Assembly: GCA_963762145.1 (NCBI GenBank)
Contig: CAVXJS010000021.1
Location: forward strand, 480,001 to 544,000
Length of the DNA: 64,000 nt
Source of the DNA: an uncultured Candidatus Rokubacteria bacterium
GTDB taxonomy: Bacteria; Methylomirabilota; Methylomirabilia; Rokubacteriales; CSP1-6
Reading direction: 5' to 3'
Part shown: positions 46,742 through 57,562 of the stretch, piece by piece
Layout of the letters: each line of letters begins with the position of its first letter
Numbering within the stretch: position 1 is the first letter of the stretch
Translations under genes and position numbers: made by a program
Notes under the pieces: generated by a model
What the model was told of the DNA's origin: nothing
Databases searched by the model: none
What the model saw: only the letters and a program-made list of their open reading frames with translations

Positions 46742-49354
46742 ATGAGCGACCGTCTCGATTCTGCACGTGAACGTGGAGTGGTCTGGTACCCCGCGGACTT
46801 CTCCCGCGGGGCCCTGGTGGCGGGCCTGCCCGATGACCTCGAGCCGCGATTGCTCGAGCCCGGGCAGCCCGCCACCTTCTCACCCGACGAGGCCGGCGTG
46901 CTGCTCCTCGACGGCCCGGTAGACGACCTCGACGCGAGCCTGCTCGAAGCGGCACGCCAGGCCCTCGTGCCCGCGGTCGTGCTCTCGGAATCCCCCGAGG
47001 CGGCGCCGATGGCGCGCGGCTTCGTCACGCTCACCCTGCCGGTGGGCCCGGCCACGCTGGCGAGCGTGCTGCGCGCGGCGTGCGAGCAGGCCCGCGTCAC
47101 GCGCGAGGCGAGGGAGAGCACCCGGCAGCTCGAGGAGCTGAACGCCATCGGCGTGCGGCTCTCGGGCGAGCGCGACACCAAGCTCCTGCTCGAGCTGATC
47201 CTGACCAAGGCCCGCTCCATCACCCGGAGCGACGCGGGCTCCATCTACCTGATCGAGACCGCGGGAGACGGCTCGCGTCACCTCCGCTTCGAGCTCGCCC
47301 AGAACGACAGCGTGCCGGTCGAGTTCAACGCGGTCGCGCTTCCGCTGAGCTCGGAGAGCCTGGCCGGCCACGTGGCGCTCACCGGCGAGATCCTCGACGT
47401 GGCGGACGCCTACGCGCTGCCCGCCGACCGCCCGTACCACTTCAACCCGGAGGTGGACACGCTCGCCGGCTACCGCACCAAGTCCCTGCTCGTCCTGCCG
47501 ATGCAGACGCCGGGCGGCGAGGTCATCGGCGTGCTCGCTCTGATCAACTGCAAGCGGGAGAGCGGACGCCCCTTCGCCACGATGGCGGCCATCGAGCGCG
47601 AGGCGCTCCCCTACTCCAAGGCCTTCCGCAATCTCGCCGCGTCGCTCGCCTCCCAGGCCGCGGTGGCCCTGGCCAACAGCAATCTCTTCCGTGAGCTGAC
47701 CCGCCGGCAGGGCCGGCTGGAAGCGCTCGTGGACGTGAGCCAGCGCGCGACGCGCCTCTGGCCGCCCGCGACGGTGCAGCGGCGCATCGCCGATCTCTAC
47801 GCCGGGCTCCTGCAGGCGGACGCGATGGCCTTCCACCTGGTGGACGACGCCCATCTCGTGCGCGTGGAAGTGCGCGGCGAGGGCGCGGACTCGGTCCTCC
47901 CCGAGAAGGTCGCGATGGGCGAGGGGCCGATCGGGCGGGTCGCCGCGACCGGCGAGCCGCTCGCCATCATGGATCTGGCCGCCCGCGGGTGGCTCGATCC
48001 CGAGGGGCGCGCGAGCGCCGCCCGCCTCGGCATGCGCGCAGGCCTCGCGGTCCCGGTGCGCGCCGGCGATCGGCTGGTGGGCGTGCTCACCGCCTTGACC
48101 GGCCAGGTCGCCGCGTTCTCCGAGGACGACGTGGCGGTGGCCAGCACGTTCGCGGCGCAGGCCGGCATCGCGGTGGAGAACTCGCGCCTCTACGCGGAGC
48201 TCGAGCGCGCGCTCGAGGGCGTGCAGAAGTCCCAGGACCAGCTCGTGCAGGTGGAGCGGCTCCGGGCCCTCGGCGAGATGGCCGCGGGCGTCGCCCACGA
48301 CTTCAACAACCTCCTGGCCGTCGTCATGCTGCGCACCGAGCTGCTGCTGGCCCGAGGACAGGCTCCCGCGGTGGCGGAGAGCCTGACCATGATCCGCCAG
48401 GCCGCGCAGGACGGCGCGCAGACGGTGCGGCGGATCCAGGAGTTCACTCGCACGCGCAGCACGCGGCCCTTCGGCCAGGTCGACATGCACAAGGTCCTGC
48501 GCGAGGTCGTGGAGCTGGCCCGCCCCCGGTGGCGCGATCAGGCGCAGAGCCGCGGCGTCTCCTACGACGTGCGCGTGGAGGGCGGGAAGGTGCCGCTGGT
48601 GGCGGGCACCGCCGAGGAGCTGCGCGAGGCACTGCTCAACCTCCTGAACAATGGCCTCGAGGCGATGCCGGCGGGCGGGACATTCACGTTCAGGGCGGAC
48701 ACCGAGGGCGACCGGGTGGTGATCCGGGCGGCCGACAAGGGCTGCGGGATGTCCGAGGAGACACGGCGGCGCGTGTTCGAGCCCTTCTTCACGACCAAGG
48801 GGGCTCAGGGGAACGGGCTGGGTCTGGCGGTGGTCTGGGGCATCATGGCCCGGCACGGCGGGGAGATCGCCGTGGACAGCGCGCTGGGCCAGGGCACCAC
48901 GTTCACGATCCGCCTGCCCATTCCGGCGGTCCTGCCGGTGGACCCGGGAGCCGACAATGGGTCGCGGCTCCCCCGGGGCAAGCGGATCCTCATCGTGGAG
49001 GACAACGTCGAGATCCTGCGGTCCCTCGCCGACCTGCTCCGGGACCACGAGAGCCATGTCGTCGAGGCCCCGAACGGGATGACCGCGCTGGCGCGGCTCG
49101 AGGTCGAGGCCTTCGACCTGGTCCTGACGGATCTGGCCATGCCGGGGGTGTCGGGCTGGCAGGTCGCCGCGGCTTGCAAGGAGCGTTACCCGGACACGCC
49201 GGTCGGCCTGATCACGGGATTCGGTGATCAGCTCGAGCCGGAGAAGCTCGAGCGCCACGGCATCGGGTTCGTGGTCGCCAAACCCTTCTCGTCCGAGGAT
49301 CTGCTGCAGGTGGTCGCGACCACGCTCCGGGGGACAGAGCCCGCCCGAGCCTAG
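46742..49354 (+). CDS. Cytoplasmic GAF-GAF hybrid histidine kinase
   Basis: GYRTKSLLVLP GAF; AHDFNNLL; FFTTKGAQGNGLGL; REC TDLAMP. Confidence 0.92.
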   Translation: MSDRLDSARERGVVWYPADFSRGALVAGLPDDLEPRLLEPGQPATFSPDEAGVLLLDGPVDDLDASLLEAARQALVPAVVLSESPEAAPMARGFVTLTLPVGPATLASVLRAACEQARVTREARESTRQLEELNAIGVRLSGERDTKLLLELILTKARSITRSDAGSIYLIETAGDGSRHLRFELAQNDSVPVEFNAVALPLSSESLAGHVALTGEILDVADAYALPADRPYHFNPEVDTLAGYRTKSLLVLPMQTPGGEVIGVLALINCKRESGRPFATMAAIEREALPYSKAFRNLAASLASQAAVALANSNLFRELTRRQGRLEALVDVSQRATRLWPPATVQRRIADLYAGLLQADAMAFHLVDDAHLVRVEVRGEGADSVLPEKVAMGEGPIGRVAATGEPLAIMDLAARGWLDPEGRASAARLGMRAGLAVPVRAGDRLVGVLTALTGQVAAFSEDDVAVASTFAAQAGIAVENSRLYAELERALEGVQKSQDQLVQVERLRALGEMAAGVAHDFNNLLAVVMLRTELLLARGQAPAVAESLTMIRQAAQDGAQTVRRIQEFTRTRSTRPFGQVDMHKVLREVVELARPRWRDQAQSRGVSYDVRVEGGKVPLVAGTAEELREALLNLLNNGLEAMPAGGTFTFRADTEGDRVVIRAADKGCGMSEETRRRVFEPFFTTKGAQGNGLGLAVVWGIMARHGGEIAVDSALGQGTTFTIRLPIPAVLPVDPGADNGSRLPRGKRILIVEDNVEILRSLADLLRDHESHVVEAPNGMTALARLEVEAFDLVLTDLAMPGVSGWQVAAACKERYPDTPVGLITGFGDQLEPEKLERHGIGFVVAKPFSSEDLLQVVATTLRGTEPARA

Positions 49355-49360
49355 CTCGCG

Positions 49361-49972
49361 CTAGCGGGTGCCCTTGCGGCGCTCGTAGTGGCGCCGGCCC
49401 TTCGCCCGGTTCCCGCAGCTCGCCATGTCGCACCAGCGACGGCTGCGGTTCTTGGTCCCGTCCATGAAGAGCCGGCCGCAGTCGTAACCGGCGCACTCGC
49501 GGACGCCCGTCAGATCCTTCGACGTGAGTAGCTCGGACGCGGACCGCGCCACCCACCAGGCCACCCGATCCAGGCCGAGCGGGGCATCGGGCCAGATCCA
49601 CTCGAATCCGCCCGAGACGGAAGGACTCAGCCCGGCTCTGGTCATCGCCTTGCCGATCGCCTTGTTGATGGTGCGAAGGTCGGAGTCCGGAGCGGGCAGG
49701 CCGGCGGCCCGTGCCGAGAAGACGCCATAGAGGGCCTCACGGAGCAGGAGGGTCTGCGACAGCGCGTCCGCGGCCGCCCGGGGCTGCTCGCGCGCCGTCT
49801 CCCCCAAGGCGGCCGCCTCCGCCGGGGTCAGGATGGTGGCCTGGCGAGCCCAGGCCAGCAGATCTCCATAGCTGCCGATCAGGTCGATCTTCTCGCTGAG
49901 CGGACGCGCTCGAACCGTGTTGGTGAGATCCAGGCACAGCCGGCCGGCGTTGAGCTCGAACGCAAGATCCAT
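49361..49972 (-). CDS. ABATE/CGNR zinc-finger protein
   Basis: CLDLTNT; CAGYDC...SRRWCDMASCGNR. Confidence 0.93.
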   Translation of the reverse strand: MDLAFELNAGRLCLDLTNTVRARPLSEKIDLIGSYGDLLAWARQATILTPAEAAALGETAREQPRAAADALSQTLLLREALYGVFSARAAGLPAPDSDLRTINKAIGKAMTRAGLSPSVSGGFEWIWPDAPLGLDRVAWWVARSASELLTSKDLTGVRECAGYDCGRLFMDGTKNRSRRWCDMASCGNRAKGRRHYERRKGTR

Positions 49973-49988
49973 GGCGCCCGACTATATA

Positions 49989-50014
49989 ACCTTCTAATCC
50001 GTTTTTTAAAGGGT
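49989..50014. promoter_or_regulatory. AT-rich imperfect palindrome, candidate operator
   Basis: ACCTTCTAA-N8-TTAAAGGGT directly upstream of the minus-strand TATAGT box. Confidence 0.45.
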
Positions 50015-52293
50015 CTACTGGCGCCGCTTCTGGTAGACCAGGCTGACCAGGAGCAGGACCACGCCCAGGACCAGGAACGAGAGGATCCGGTAGGCGGTCT
50101 TAACAGCGCCGAGATCCACCACGAACACCTTGAGCACGGTCAAGCCGAACAGGGCCAGGGCCGCGTAGCGCAGGACCCGATTGGAGCGGAGGAAGCCCCA
50201 GGCCAGCGCTGCCGCCGCGTAGAGCGTCCAGAGCAGGGAGAGCCCGACCTGGGTCCGCCACCGCAGCTCGCCGACGAGCTGGGCGCGCCCCGCCGTACGG
50301 GCCGCCGCCACCCGCATCTCTTGATAGCGGGTCCAGTTCACGCTCAGGACGAAGAGCAGGGCCAGGCCCGCCAGCCCCGAGAGCGCCCGGCCGATCGAGG
50401 CGGCCCGGGGCGTGGTCGTGGATCGGGCCAGCGCCCCGCCGGCCAGGCCGATGGCCACGCAGGCGGCCACCCGGACCACCAGGGGCACGCTCACCAGGGC
50501 GCCGGCCGCGCGCCGGGCCAGGTCGTCGTCGACGCCGAGCACCCGGACGAGGACGACGCCGGCCATCAGAGGGGTGGCGATCACGAAGGCGGGCGACGAG
50601 GACGCGCGGGCCAGGAAGCCGACGACGACCAGCTCGGCGATCAGCAGGACGGCCGGCCACTGCCCGGACGGCTCCCGCCAGAGCTGGACGGCCAGCGTCG
50701 CCACCGCGGCCACCCAGAGGGTGGCCCGCAGGGGCCTGGGCGTCCACCCGGCCAGGGCCCGGCCGCCCAGCCAGCCCCCGACGGCCAGGGCAACCACGAC
50801 CAGGAGGTGAACCAGGAAGGCTCGGTTCCAGACCGGCCTGATGTCCACCCACCAGTAGGCGTCGAGCCCGACCGCGCGGGCCGCCGCCAGCAGGAGCACC
50901 GCCAGTCCCCCCAGGCCGCCACGGGCGCCGGGGACCGCGAGGCCAGCCAGAGCAGCATCACGCCCTGCACCGCCCAGGCGAGCGTGACCCACTGGCCATC
51001 GAGCGCCAGGGGCATGACGATGGTGAGGAAGGTCCAGGACACCCCCTCGTGCAGGTCCACGGTCACCCGGTCGCCGGGGACCCGGGAGGCGTAGTCGGCC
51101 GACACGAGGCGGTAGAGCACGGCCAGGCCGAGGGCGTACGGGGCCTCCCACGAGGGACGCCAGGCTTCGAGCGTGACGTAGACCGCCCAGAAGTAGGCCG
51201 CCGCGTTGGCGACGACAAGGACCAGGTCGATCCGCTCGGCCCGCCAGCCCTCCACGCGTTCACGGAAGAGCGGTACCACCAGGAAGATCAGGAACAGCGC
51301 GGAGAGCAGCAGGAGACGCGTGAGCGGACGCGGGGCCTCGGGCTCGCGCAGGAGGGTCGGCAGCACGAGCAGCGCGCTGCCGAGCCACGCGAGCCGGTTG
51401 AGCGCGGGCCAGCTGCGGAAGCGCGCCACGAGCAGCACGAGCGCGTCGAGCACCAGCAGGTACGCGAGCAGGTTGCGCTCGTCCGGCCGCTCCACCTGCA
51501 ACAGCACGGGCGTGAGGAGCCCGCCGAGCACCGCGAGCACGGCGGTGATCAACCGGCTGCTCGCCACCGCGACGGCGGTGCCCAGCAGCGTGACCGCGAA
51601 CAGCGCGACGAACGCGGCGGTCGGCCCCACGAGGCCGTAGAGCGCGTGGGCGGCGAAGAGCGAGAGGTACAGCACGCCCAGGCCGCCGCCGGCCAGCCCT
51701 TCGCTGAGATACGGCACGTCCCGCCGGCGATGCAGGAGCACTCCGCCGCCCAGCATGACGAGGCCCGCGACCAGGCCGAGGGTCACGCGCGCGCCGGGCC
51801 CGAGGAAGGCGTTGTCGAAGGCCCACTTCAGGAAGAGCGCGACCCCGACGAGGATCGCGACGATGCCGACCCAGGTCGCCCAGCGCGCGCCGATGCGCTG
51901 CTCGAGGTCGAGCCCGCGGGGCCTCGGCGGGGATGGCGCCGGGGTCGGCGAATCGACAGGCGGCACGTCGAGGGGCGGCGCTTCGAGGACGGACCCCGCC
52001 GAGAGCGGCGCGATCTCGACCGGAGACGGCCCGGGCGGCGGCGGCGCGGGCGTGGGCTCGACGCTCGGCGCGACGTCCGGCGCGGCCGGGCTCTCCCGCG
52101 GCGTGGCGGCGCCCGGTCCGCCCTCGAGCTTCCACACGCGATAGACGAGCCCGCGCACGCGCTCTTCCAGCGCGGCCACGCGCTCGTCCGCGTCCGCGGG
52201 CCGTCGCGCGCGCGCCACGCTCAGGGCGACGAACGCCATGACGAGCGCGAGCACGGACAGGCTCAGACCGACGACGAGTCCCGCGGCGAACAT
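50015..52293 (-). CDS. DUF2339-like polytopic membrane protein (-1 indel in a G run near 50910)
   Basis: LEQRIGARWATWVG, FLKWAFDN; C-terminal KVFVVDL...RILSFLVLG. Confidence 0.85.
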
Positions 52294-52381
52294 GATCTGG
52301 CGCGAGCCTACACCAGCGCGTTCACGGCCCGGTTGGATTTGTGCCGTCCGGCGTCTCGGCGGATGGGCGATACTAGGCCCC

Positions 52382-52957
52382 GTGCTGCGACCTTTTCGGG
52401 CCGGGCGCTTCATCGTGACCGCGCTCGTCGTGGCCGCGCTCGTCCGGCCGCACCCCGTCGAGGGGCAGCCGGTTCGCTTTCGCATCCAGTCCGAGGCCAG
52501 CGAGATCACGTTCCGCGCGACGTCACGGATGATGAACGCCGAGGGGCACTTCTCCCGCTTCAGCGGCGACGTGATGGTGGATCCCGCCGCGCTCACCACC
52601 GGGCGCATCACGCTCACCATCGACGCGGCCTCGCTCGACACCGGCATCGAGATGCGCGACAACCACCTGCGCAGCTCCGACTTCTTCGACGTGGCGCGCT
52701 TTCCGACCGTGGCCTTCCAGAGCGTGCGGGTCGAGGCGGCGGGGCGCCGGGCGACCGTGGTGGGCCGGCTGACCCTGCACGGCGTGACCCGGGAGATCAC
52801 GGTGCCCATCGACGTGCAGATCACCAACACCGCGCTGGTGGCGAGCGGCGAGTTCATCGTCAACCGCGGCGAGTACGCGATCAACTACAACTCGTTCGTC
52901 AACCCGATCGGCAACGAGGTCCGCGTGGCGTTCACCTTCCGCGCCCGCGTACCCTGA
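52382..52957 (+). CDS. YceI-family lipid/polyisoprenoid-binding protein
   Basis: SLDTGIEMRDNHLRSSDFFDV, LTLHGVTREI. Confidence 0.9.
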   Translation: MLRPFRAGRFIVTALVVAALVRPHPVEGQPVRFRIQSEASEITFRATSRMMNAEGHFSRFSGDVMVDPAALTTGRITLTIDAASLDTGIEMRDNHLRSSDFFDVARFPTVAFQSVRVEAAGRRATVVGRLTLHGVTREITVPIDVQITNTALVASGEFIVNRGEYAINYNSFVNPIGNEVRVAFTFRARVP

Positions 52958-52968
52958 GGGGACACTCC

Positions 52969-53670
52969 ATGGACGCACGGACCGCAGGACGCCGCATGAC
53001 CGAGCTCTTGACCCTCACCACCCCGCCGGTGGCGGTGACGTTCACCGCGAGCGCGCCCGCCGGCGTCCCGCGCGTCGCCAAGGCCGGGCCCGCGGGCTGC
53101 GCCTACTGGAAGCAGGCCGCGGAAGGCGCAGTGTTCTACACCGAGGCCGCCGATCACTACAATTGCCCGGTCGGCTCGTTCACCCACGGCATCGCGCTGC
53201 CCGCCGAGCGGGCCAGGGAGCTCGAGGACGTGGTCGGCACGATGGTGGGGCTGCAGTACATCCGGATGGAGGAGGTGGGCGCGCTGCCGCGCCGGACCGT
53301 GCCGTTCCAGGTGGCGGTCTACGCCCCGCTGGCCGAGACGCCGGTGCCGCCCGACGTGGTGCTGGTGCGCGGCCGGGCGCGACAGATCATGCTGGTGGCC
53401 GAGGCCGCGCGCGCGGCCGGGATCGCGGGCGACGGCGCCGCCATGGGCCGGCCCGCCTGCGCGATGATCCCCGCGGTCCTCGGCGGGCCTACCGGCGTCA
53501 CCAGCCTCGGCTGCATCGGCAACCGCGTCTACACCGGCCTGGGCGACGACGAGCTGTACTTCACGATCCCGGGCCCGAAGGTCGGCGAGGTGGTCGAGCG
53601 GCTCGCGACGGTGATGGACGCCAACCGGGCGCTCGAGGCGTACCACGAGGGGCGGCGGGTGGGCGTCTAG
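52969..53670 (+). CDS. DUF169-family protein
   Basis: PPVAV, GCAYW, HYNCPVG, RPAC, SLGCIGNR. Confidence 0.78.
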   Translation: MDARTAGRRMTELLTLTTPPVAVTFTASAPAGVPRVAKAGPAGCAYWKQAAEGAVFYTEAADHYNCPVGSFTHGIALPAERARELEDVVGTMVGLQYIRMEEVGALPRRTVPFQVAVYAPLAETPVPPDVVLVRGRARQIMLVAEAARAAGIAGDGAAMGRPACAMIPAVLGGPTGVTSLGCIGNRVYTGLGDDELYFTIPGPKVGEVVERLATVMDANRALEAYHEGRRVGV

Positions 53671-53709
53671 CCCCCTCACCCTGCCCTCTCCCCCATCGGG
53701 GGAGAGGGT
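53671..53709. repeat. BoxC-like repeat
   Basis: CCCCTCACCCTGCCCTCTCCCCCATCGGGGGAGAGGG. Confidence 0.9.
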
Positions 53710-53739
53710 GGCTGGTGATCGGGCTATAATCAGTCCCCC

Positions 53740-54933
53740 ATGAACACGCCCCTCGCCGGCCTCCTCGTCGCCGATCTCACCCAGAACGTGGCGGGCCCGT
53801 ACTGCACCCAGATCCTGGGCGACCTCGGGGCGGAGATCGTGAAGGTGGAGCGCCTCGGCAAGGGCGACGACGCGCGCGCGTGGGGGCCGCCCTTCTGGGG
53901 GCAGGAGAGCGCCACCTTCATGAGCGTCAACCGCAACAAGCGCAGCTTGTCGGTCGATCTCAAGGCCGACGAGGGGCGTGCAGTCGTCGAGCGGCTGCTC
54001 GGCCGCGCCGACGTGTTCGTGCAGTCGCTGCGGGCCGGCGCCGCGGAGGAGCTGGGGCTGGGCTACGCGCGCGTCGCCGGGCTCAACCCGCGCCTGGTGT
54101 ACTGCTCGGTCACCGCCTTCGGCACCGAGGGCCCGCTGAAGGACCGGCCCGGCTACGACCCGCTGATGCAGGCCTACGGCGGCATCATGTCCATCAATGG
54201 CCATCCCGATCAGCCGCCCGCGCGCGTGCCGGTCTCGGTGGTGGACATGGGCACCGGCATGTGGGCGGTGATGGGCATCCTCGCCGCCCTCCGCGAGCGC
54301 GACCGCACCGGCCGCGGCGCCGAGGTCACGACGGCCCTGTTCGACACCGCGCTCGCCTGGTCGGTCTTCCAGATGAGCCACTACCTCGCCACCGGCGAGG
54401 TCCCGCGGCCGCAGGGCTCGGGCACCGCCATGATCGCGCCCTACGAGGCTTTCCCGGTCGTGGACGGCTGGGTCATGATCGCGGCCGGCTCCGACGCGCT
54501 CTTCGTGAAAGCCACCACCGCGCTCGCGGTGCCGGAGCTGGCCCGTGATCCGCGCTTCGTGGACAACCCGCGGCGCGTCGAGCATCGCGTGGCGCTGCAG
54601 GAGACCCTCGCCCGGGTCACGCGGACCATGACCGCGGACGAGCTCCTGGCGCGCCTGCAGCGCGCGGGCGTGCCGTCGGCGCGAGTATCGACCCTGGACC
54701 AGGTCGCCACCGAGCCGCAGACCGAGGCGAGCGGCATGCTGCCGGCGGTCAAGCATCCTCGCCTGCCCGACTACCGCGCGGTGGCGCTGCCGATCAAGTG
54801 GGACGGCGAGCGCCCGCCCGCCACGCGCGTGCCGCCGCTGCTCGGGGAGCACTCGGCCGAGGTACTGGCCGAGCTGGGCTACGACGACGCGGCCATCCGG
54901 GGGCTCGTGGAGCGCCATGTCATCCAGCTTTAA
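53740..54933 (+). CDS. Family III (CaiB/BaiF) CoA-transferase
   Basis: AGPYCTQILGDLGAE, NRNKRS, GYDP, SVVDMGTG, PPLLGEH. Confidence 0.93.
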   Translation: MNTPLAGLLVADLTQNVAGPYCTQILGDLGAEIVKVERLGKGDDARAWGPPFWGQESATFMSVNRNKRSLSVDLKADEGRAVVERLLGRADVFVQSLRAGAAEELGLGYARVAGLNPRLVYCSVTAFGTEGPLKDRPGYDPLMQAYGGIMSINGHPDQPPARVPVSVVDMGTGMWAVMGILAALRERDRTGRGAEVTTALFDTALAWSVFQMSHYLATGEVPRPQGSGTAMIAPYEAFPVVDGWVMIAAGSDALFVKATTALAVPELARDPRFVDNPRRVEHRVALQETLARVTRTMTADELLARLQRAGVPSARVSTLDQVATEPQTEASGMLPAVKHPRLPDYRAVALPIKWDGERPPATRVPPLLGEHSAEVLAELGYDDAAIRGLVERHVIQL

Positions 54934-55711
54934 GACGCTGAACGTCGTGACCTCCGCCGAGGGCCACGTGGTCACGGTGGAGCTGAACCGCCCCGAGGCG
55001 CTCAACGCGATGAACACCGCGATGGGCGAGGACCTGCTGCGGTGCTTCGAGGACCTCCACCGCGACCGGATCGTCCGCGCGGTGGTGTTCACCGGGGCGG
55101 GGACGAAGGCCTTCTGCGTGGGCGGCGACCTGAAGGAGCGCGAGGGCATGACCGACGAGACGTGGCGCGCGCAGCACGTGATCTTCGAGACGGCAGCCGC
55201 GCGCGTGCTCCATTGCCCGGTGCCGGTGATCGCCGCGGTCGAGGGCTTCGCGATGGGCGGCGGCTGCGAGCTGGCCGTGCTCTCCGACTTCGTGGTCTGC
55301 GGCGAGACCGCGGTGTTCGCGGTCCCCGAGGTCACGCGCGGCATCTTCCCGGGCATCGGCGGCACCCAGCTCCTGCCCCGCATCCTGGGCGCGCCGATGG
55401 CCAAGGAGATGATCTTCACCGGCCGCCGGGTGGACGCGCGCGAGGCCAAGGCCATCGGGCTCGTCAACCACGTGGTGCCGGCGGGCCAGGCGCGGGCCCG
55501 CGCGCTCGAGATCGCGGCGACCATCGCGGACAACGGCCCCTTCGCGGTGCGGCAGGCCAAGAAGGCGATCGGCTGGGGCGGCGAGACCGACCTCGAGACG
55601 GGCATGATCCTGGCGATCGAGGCCTACAACAACACGGTCACCACCGACGACCGCCTCGAAGGCGTCCGCGCATTCAACGAAAAACGCAAACCGCGATTCA
55701 CCGGAAAATAG
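54917..55711 (+). CDS. Enoyl-CoA hydratase (methylglutaconyl-CoA hydratase-like)
   Basis: FCVGGDLKER, GGGCE, PEV, GGTQLLPR. Confidence 0.9.
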   Translation: MSSSFKTLNVVTSAEGHVVTVELNRPEALNAMNTAMGEDLLRCFEDLHRDRIVRAVVFTGAGTKAFCVGGDLKEREGMTDETWRAQHVIFETAAARVLHCPVPVIAAVEGFAMGGGCELAVLSDFVVCGETAVFAVPEVTRGIFPGIGGTQLLPRILGAPMAKEMIFTGRRVDAREAKAIGLVNHVVPAGQARARALEIAATIADNGPFAVRQAKKAIGWGGETDLETGMILAIEAYNNTVTTDDRLEGVRAFNEKRKPRFTGK

Positions 55712-55718
55712 CAACTAC

Positions 55719-55754
55719 ACCCTCTCCCCTCCGGGGAGAGGGAAGGGTGAGGGG
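55719..55754. repeat. BoxC-like repeat
   Basis: ACCCTCTCCCCTCCGGGGAGAGGGAAGGGTGAGGGG ending 3 nt before the next ATG. Confidence 0.88.
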
Positions 55755-55757
55755 CAT

Positions 55758-56932
55758 ATGGCAGACATGACGTTCACGCTGAGCGACGAGCAGAAGGCTC
55801 TGAAGGCCGCGGTCTACGACCTCTGCAAGCAGTACCCGGCCGAGTACTGGCGCGAGCTCGACGCCAAGCGCGAGTACCCGGAGGCCTTCGTCGGCGAGCT
55901 GACCAAGGCCGGCTACCTCGCGGTGCTCATCCCCGAGGAGTACGGCGGCGGCGGGCTCGGCATCATGGAGGCCGCCCTCATCCTCGAGGAGATCGGGCGG
56001 GCGGGCGGCAACCCGGCGGCCTGCCACGCCCAGATGTACATCATGGGCACCGTCCTGCGGCACGGCACCGAGGCGCAGAAGCGGGAGTACCTGCCGAAGA
56101 TCGCGGCGGGCGAGCTGCGCCTGCAGGCCTTCGGGGTGACCGAGCCCAACGCGGGGTCGGACACCACCAAGCTGCAGACCACGGCGGTCAAGAAAGGGCT
56201 GACAAGTACGTGGTGAACGGCCAGAAGATGTTCATCTCGCGCGTGCTGCAGTCGGACCTCATGCTGCTGCTCGCCCGCACCACCCCGGTGGACCAGGTCA
56301 AGAAGAAGACGGACGGGCTCAGCGTCTTCCTCATCGACATCCGCGAGCTCAAGGGCAAGGGGCTCGACGTGCGCCCGCTCAAGATGATGATGAACCACTC
56401 CACCAACGCCCTCTTCTTCGACAACATGGAGATCCCGGCCTCGAGCCTCATCGGCCAGGAGGGCAAGGGCTTCTCCTACATCCTCGACGGCATGAACGCG
56501 GAGCGGATCCTGGTCGCCTCCGACTCCCTCGGCGACGCGCGGTGGTTCACCGAGAAGGCGGTCGCGTACGCGGGGCAGCGCGTGATCTTCGGCCGGCCGA
56601 TCGGGGCGAACCAGGGTGTGCAGTTCCCGATCGCGAAGGCGCACGTGAGCATCGAGGCGGCCGATCTCATGCGCACCAAGGCCGCGCGGATGTTCGACGC
56701 GGGCATCCCCTGCGGCCCGGAGGCCAACATGGCCAAGTACCTCGCGTCGGAGGCGGCCATCGAGGCGGGCAACGCCTGCATCGACTGCCACGGCGGCTAC
56801 GGCTTCGCGGAGGAGTACGACATCGAGCGCAAGTTCCGCGAGTCGCGCCTCTACCGCGCCGCCCCGATCAACAACAACCTGGTCATCGCCTACGTCGGGG
56901 AGCACGTCCTCGGCATGCCCCGGTCATATTGA
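55758..56932 (+). CDS. Acyl-CoA dehydrogenase (indels near 56196-56200)
   Basis: CHAQMY, VTEPNAGSD, NGQK, NAERI, HGGYGF, EHVLGMPRSY. Confidence 0.88.
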
Positions 56933-56951
56933 GGGCAGTCCCCACCTCATT

Positions 56952-56988
56952 CCCCTTCTCCCCTCAGGGGAGAGGGCAGGGTGAGGGG
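56952..56988. repeat. BoxC-like repeat
   Basis: CCCTTCTCCCCTCAGGGGAGAGGGCAGGGTGAGGGG. Confidence 0.88.
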
Positions 56989-57007
56989 TGGTCTGACGAG
57001 AGGAGCG

Positions 57008-57562
57008 ATGTTAGGTCCGATCCTCGAAGGTGAGCGCGTCCGGCTCGAGCCGCCGCGGGTGGAGTTCTTCCCGGCCTACGAGCGGTGGTTCGCCGACATG
57101 GAGGTCACGCGCTACCTGCTCTACCGCTTCCCCTTCACCCCGAAGGCGGAGGCGGAGTGGCTCGAGCAGGTGGGCAAGGACCCGCACCAGGTCATCTGGG
57201 CGATCGTGATCAAGCACAACGGCCGTCTCATCGGCAGCGCGGGGCTCGAGCACATCGACTGGCGCAATCGCCGTGCGGAGAGCGGCATTCTGATCGGCGA
57301 GAAGGACGAGTGGGGCAAGGGCTACGCGGGTGAGGCGATGCGCCTGCGCACCGGCTACGCCTTCCGCGAGCTGGGGCTCGAGACCGTGACCACCCGGGTC
57401 GTGCTCGCCAACCAGGCGAGCCGCCGCGGGCTCGAGCGCGCCGGCTACCGCCAGGCCGGGGTGCTGCGGCACCACTACTTCGTCGACGGCCGCTGGCACG
57501 ACGCCTGGGTGGGTGAGATCCTGAAGGACGAGTGGGAAGCGACACAGGAGACCAACCGATGA
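57008..57562 (+). CDS. RimJ/RimL-type GNAT acetyltransferase
   Basis: WGKGYAGEA, NQASRRGLERAGY, GRWHD; AGGAG RBS. Confidence 0.9.
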   Translation: MLGPILEGERVRLEPPRVEFFPAYERWFADMEVTRYLLYRFPFTPKAEAEWLEQVGKDPHQVIWAIVIKHNGRLIGSAGLEHIDWRNRRAESGILIGEKDEWGKGYAGEAMRLRTGYAFRELGLETVTTRVVLANQASRRGLERAGYRQAGVLRHHYFVDGRWHDAWVGEILKDEWEATQETNR

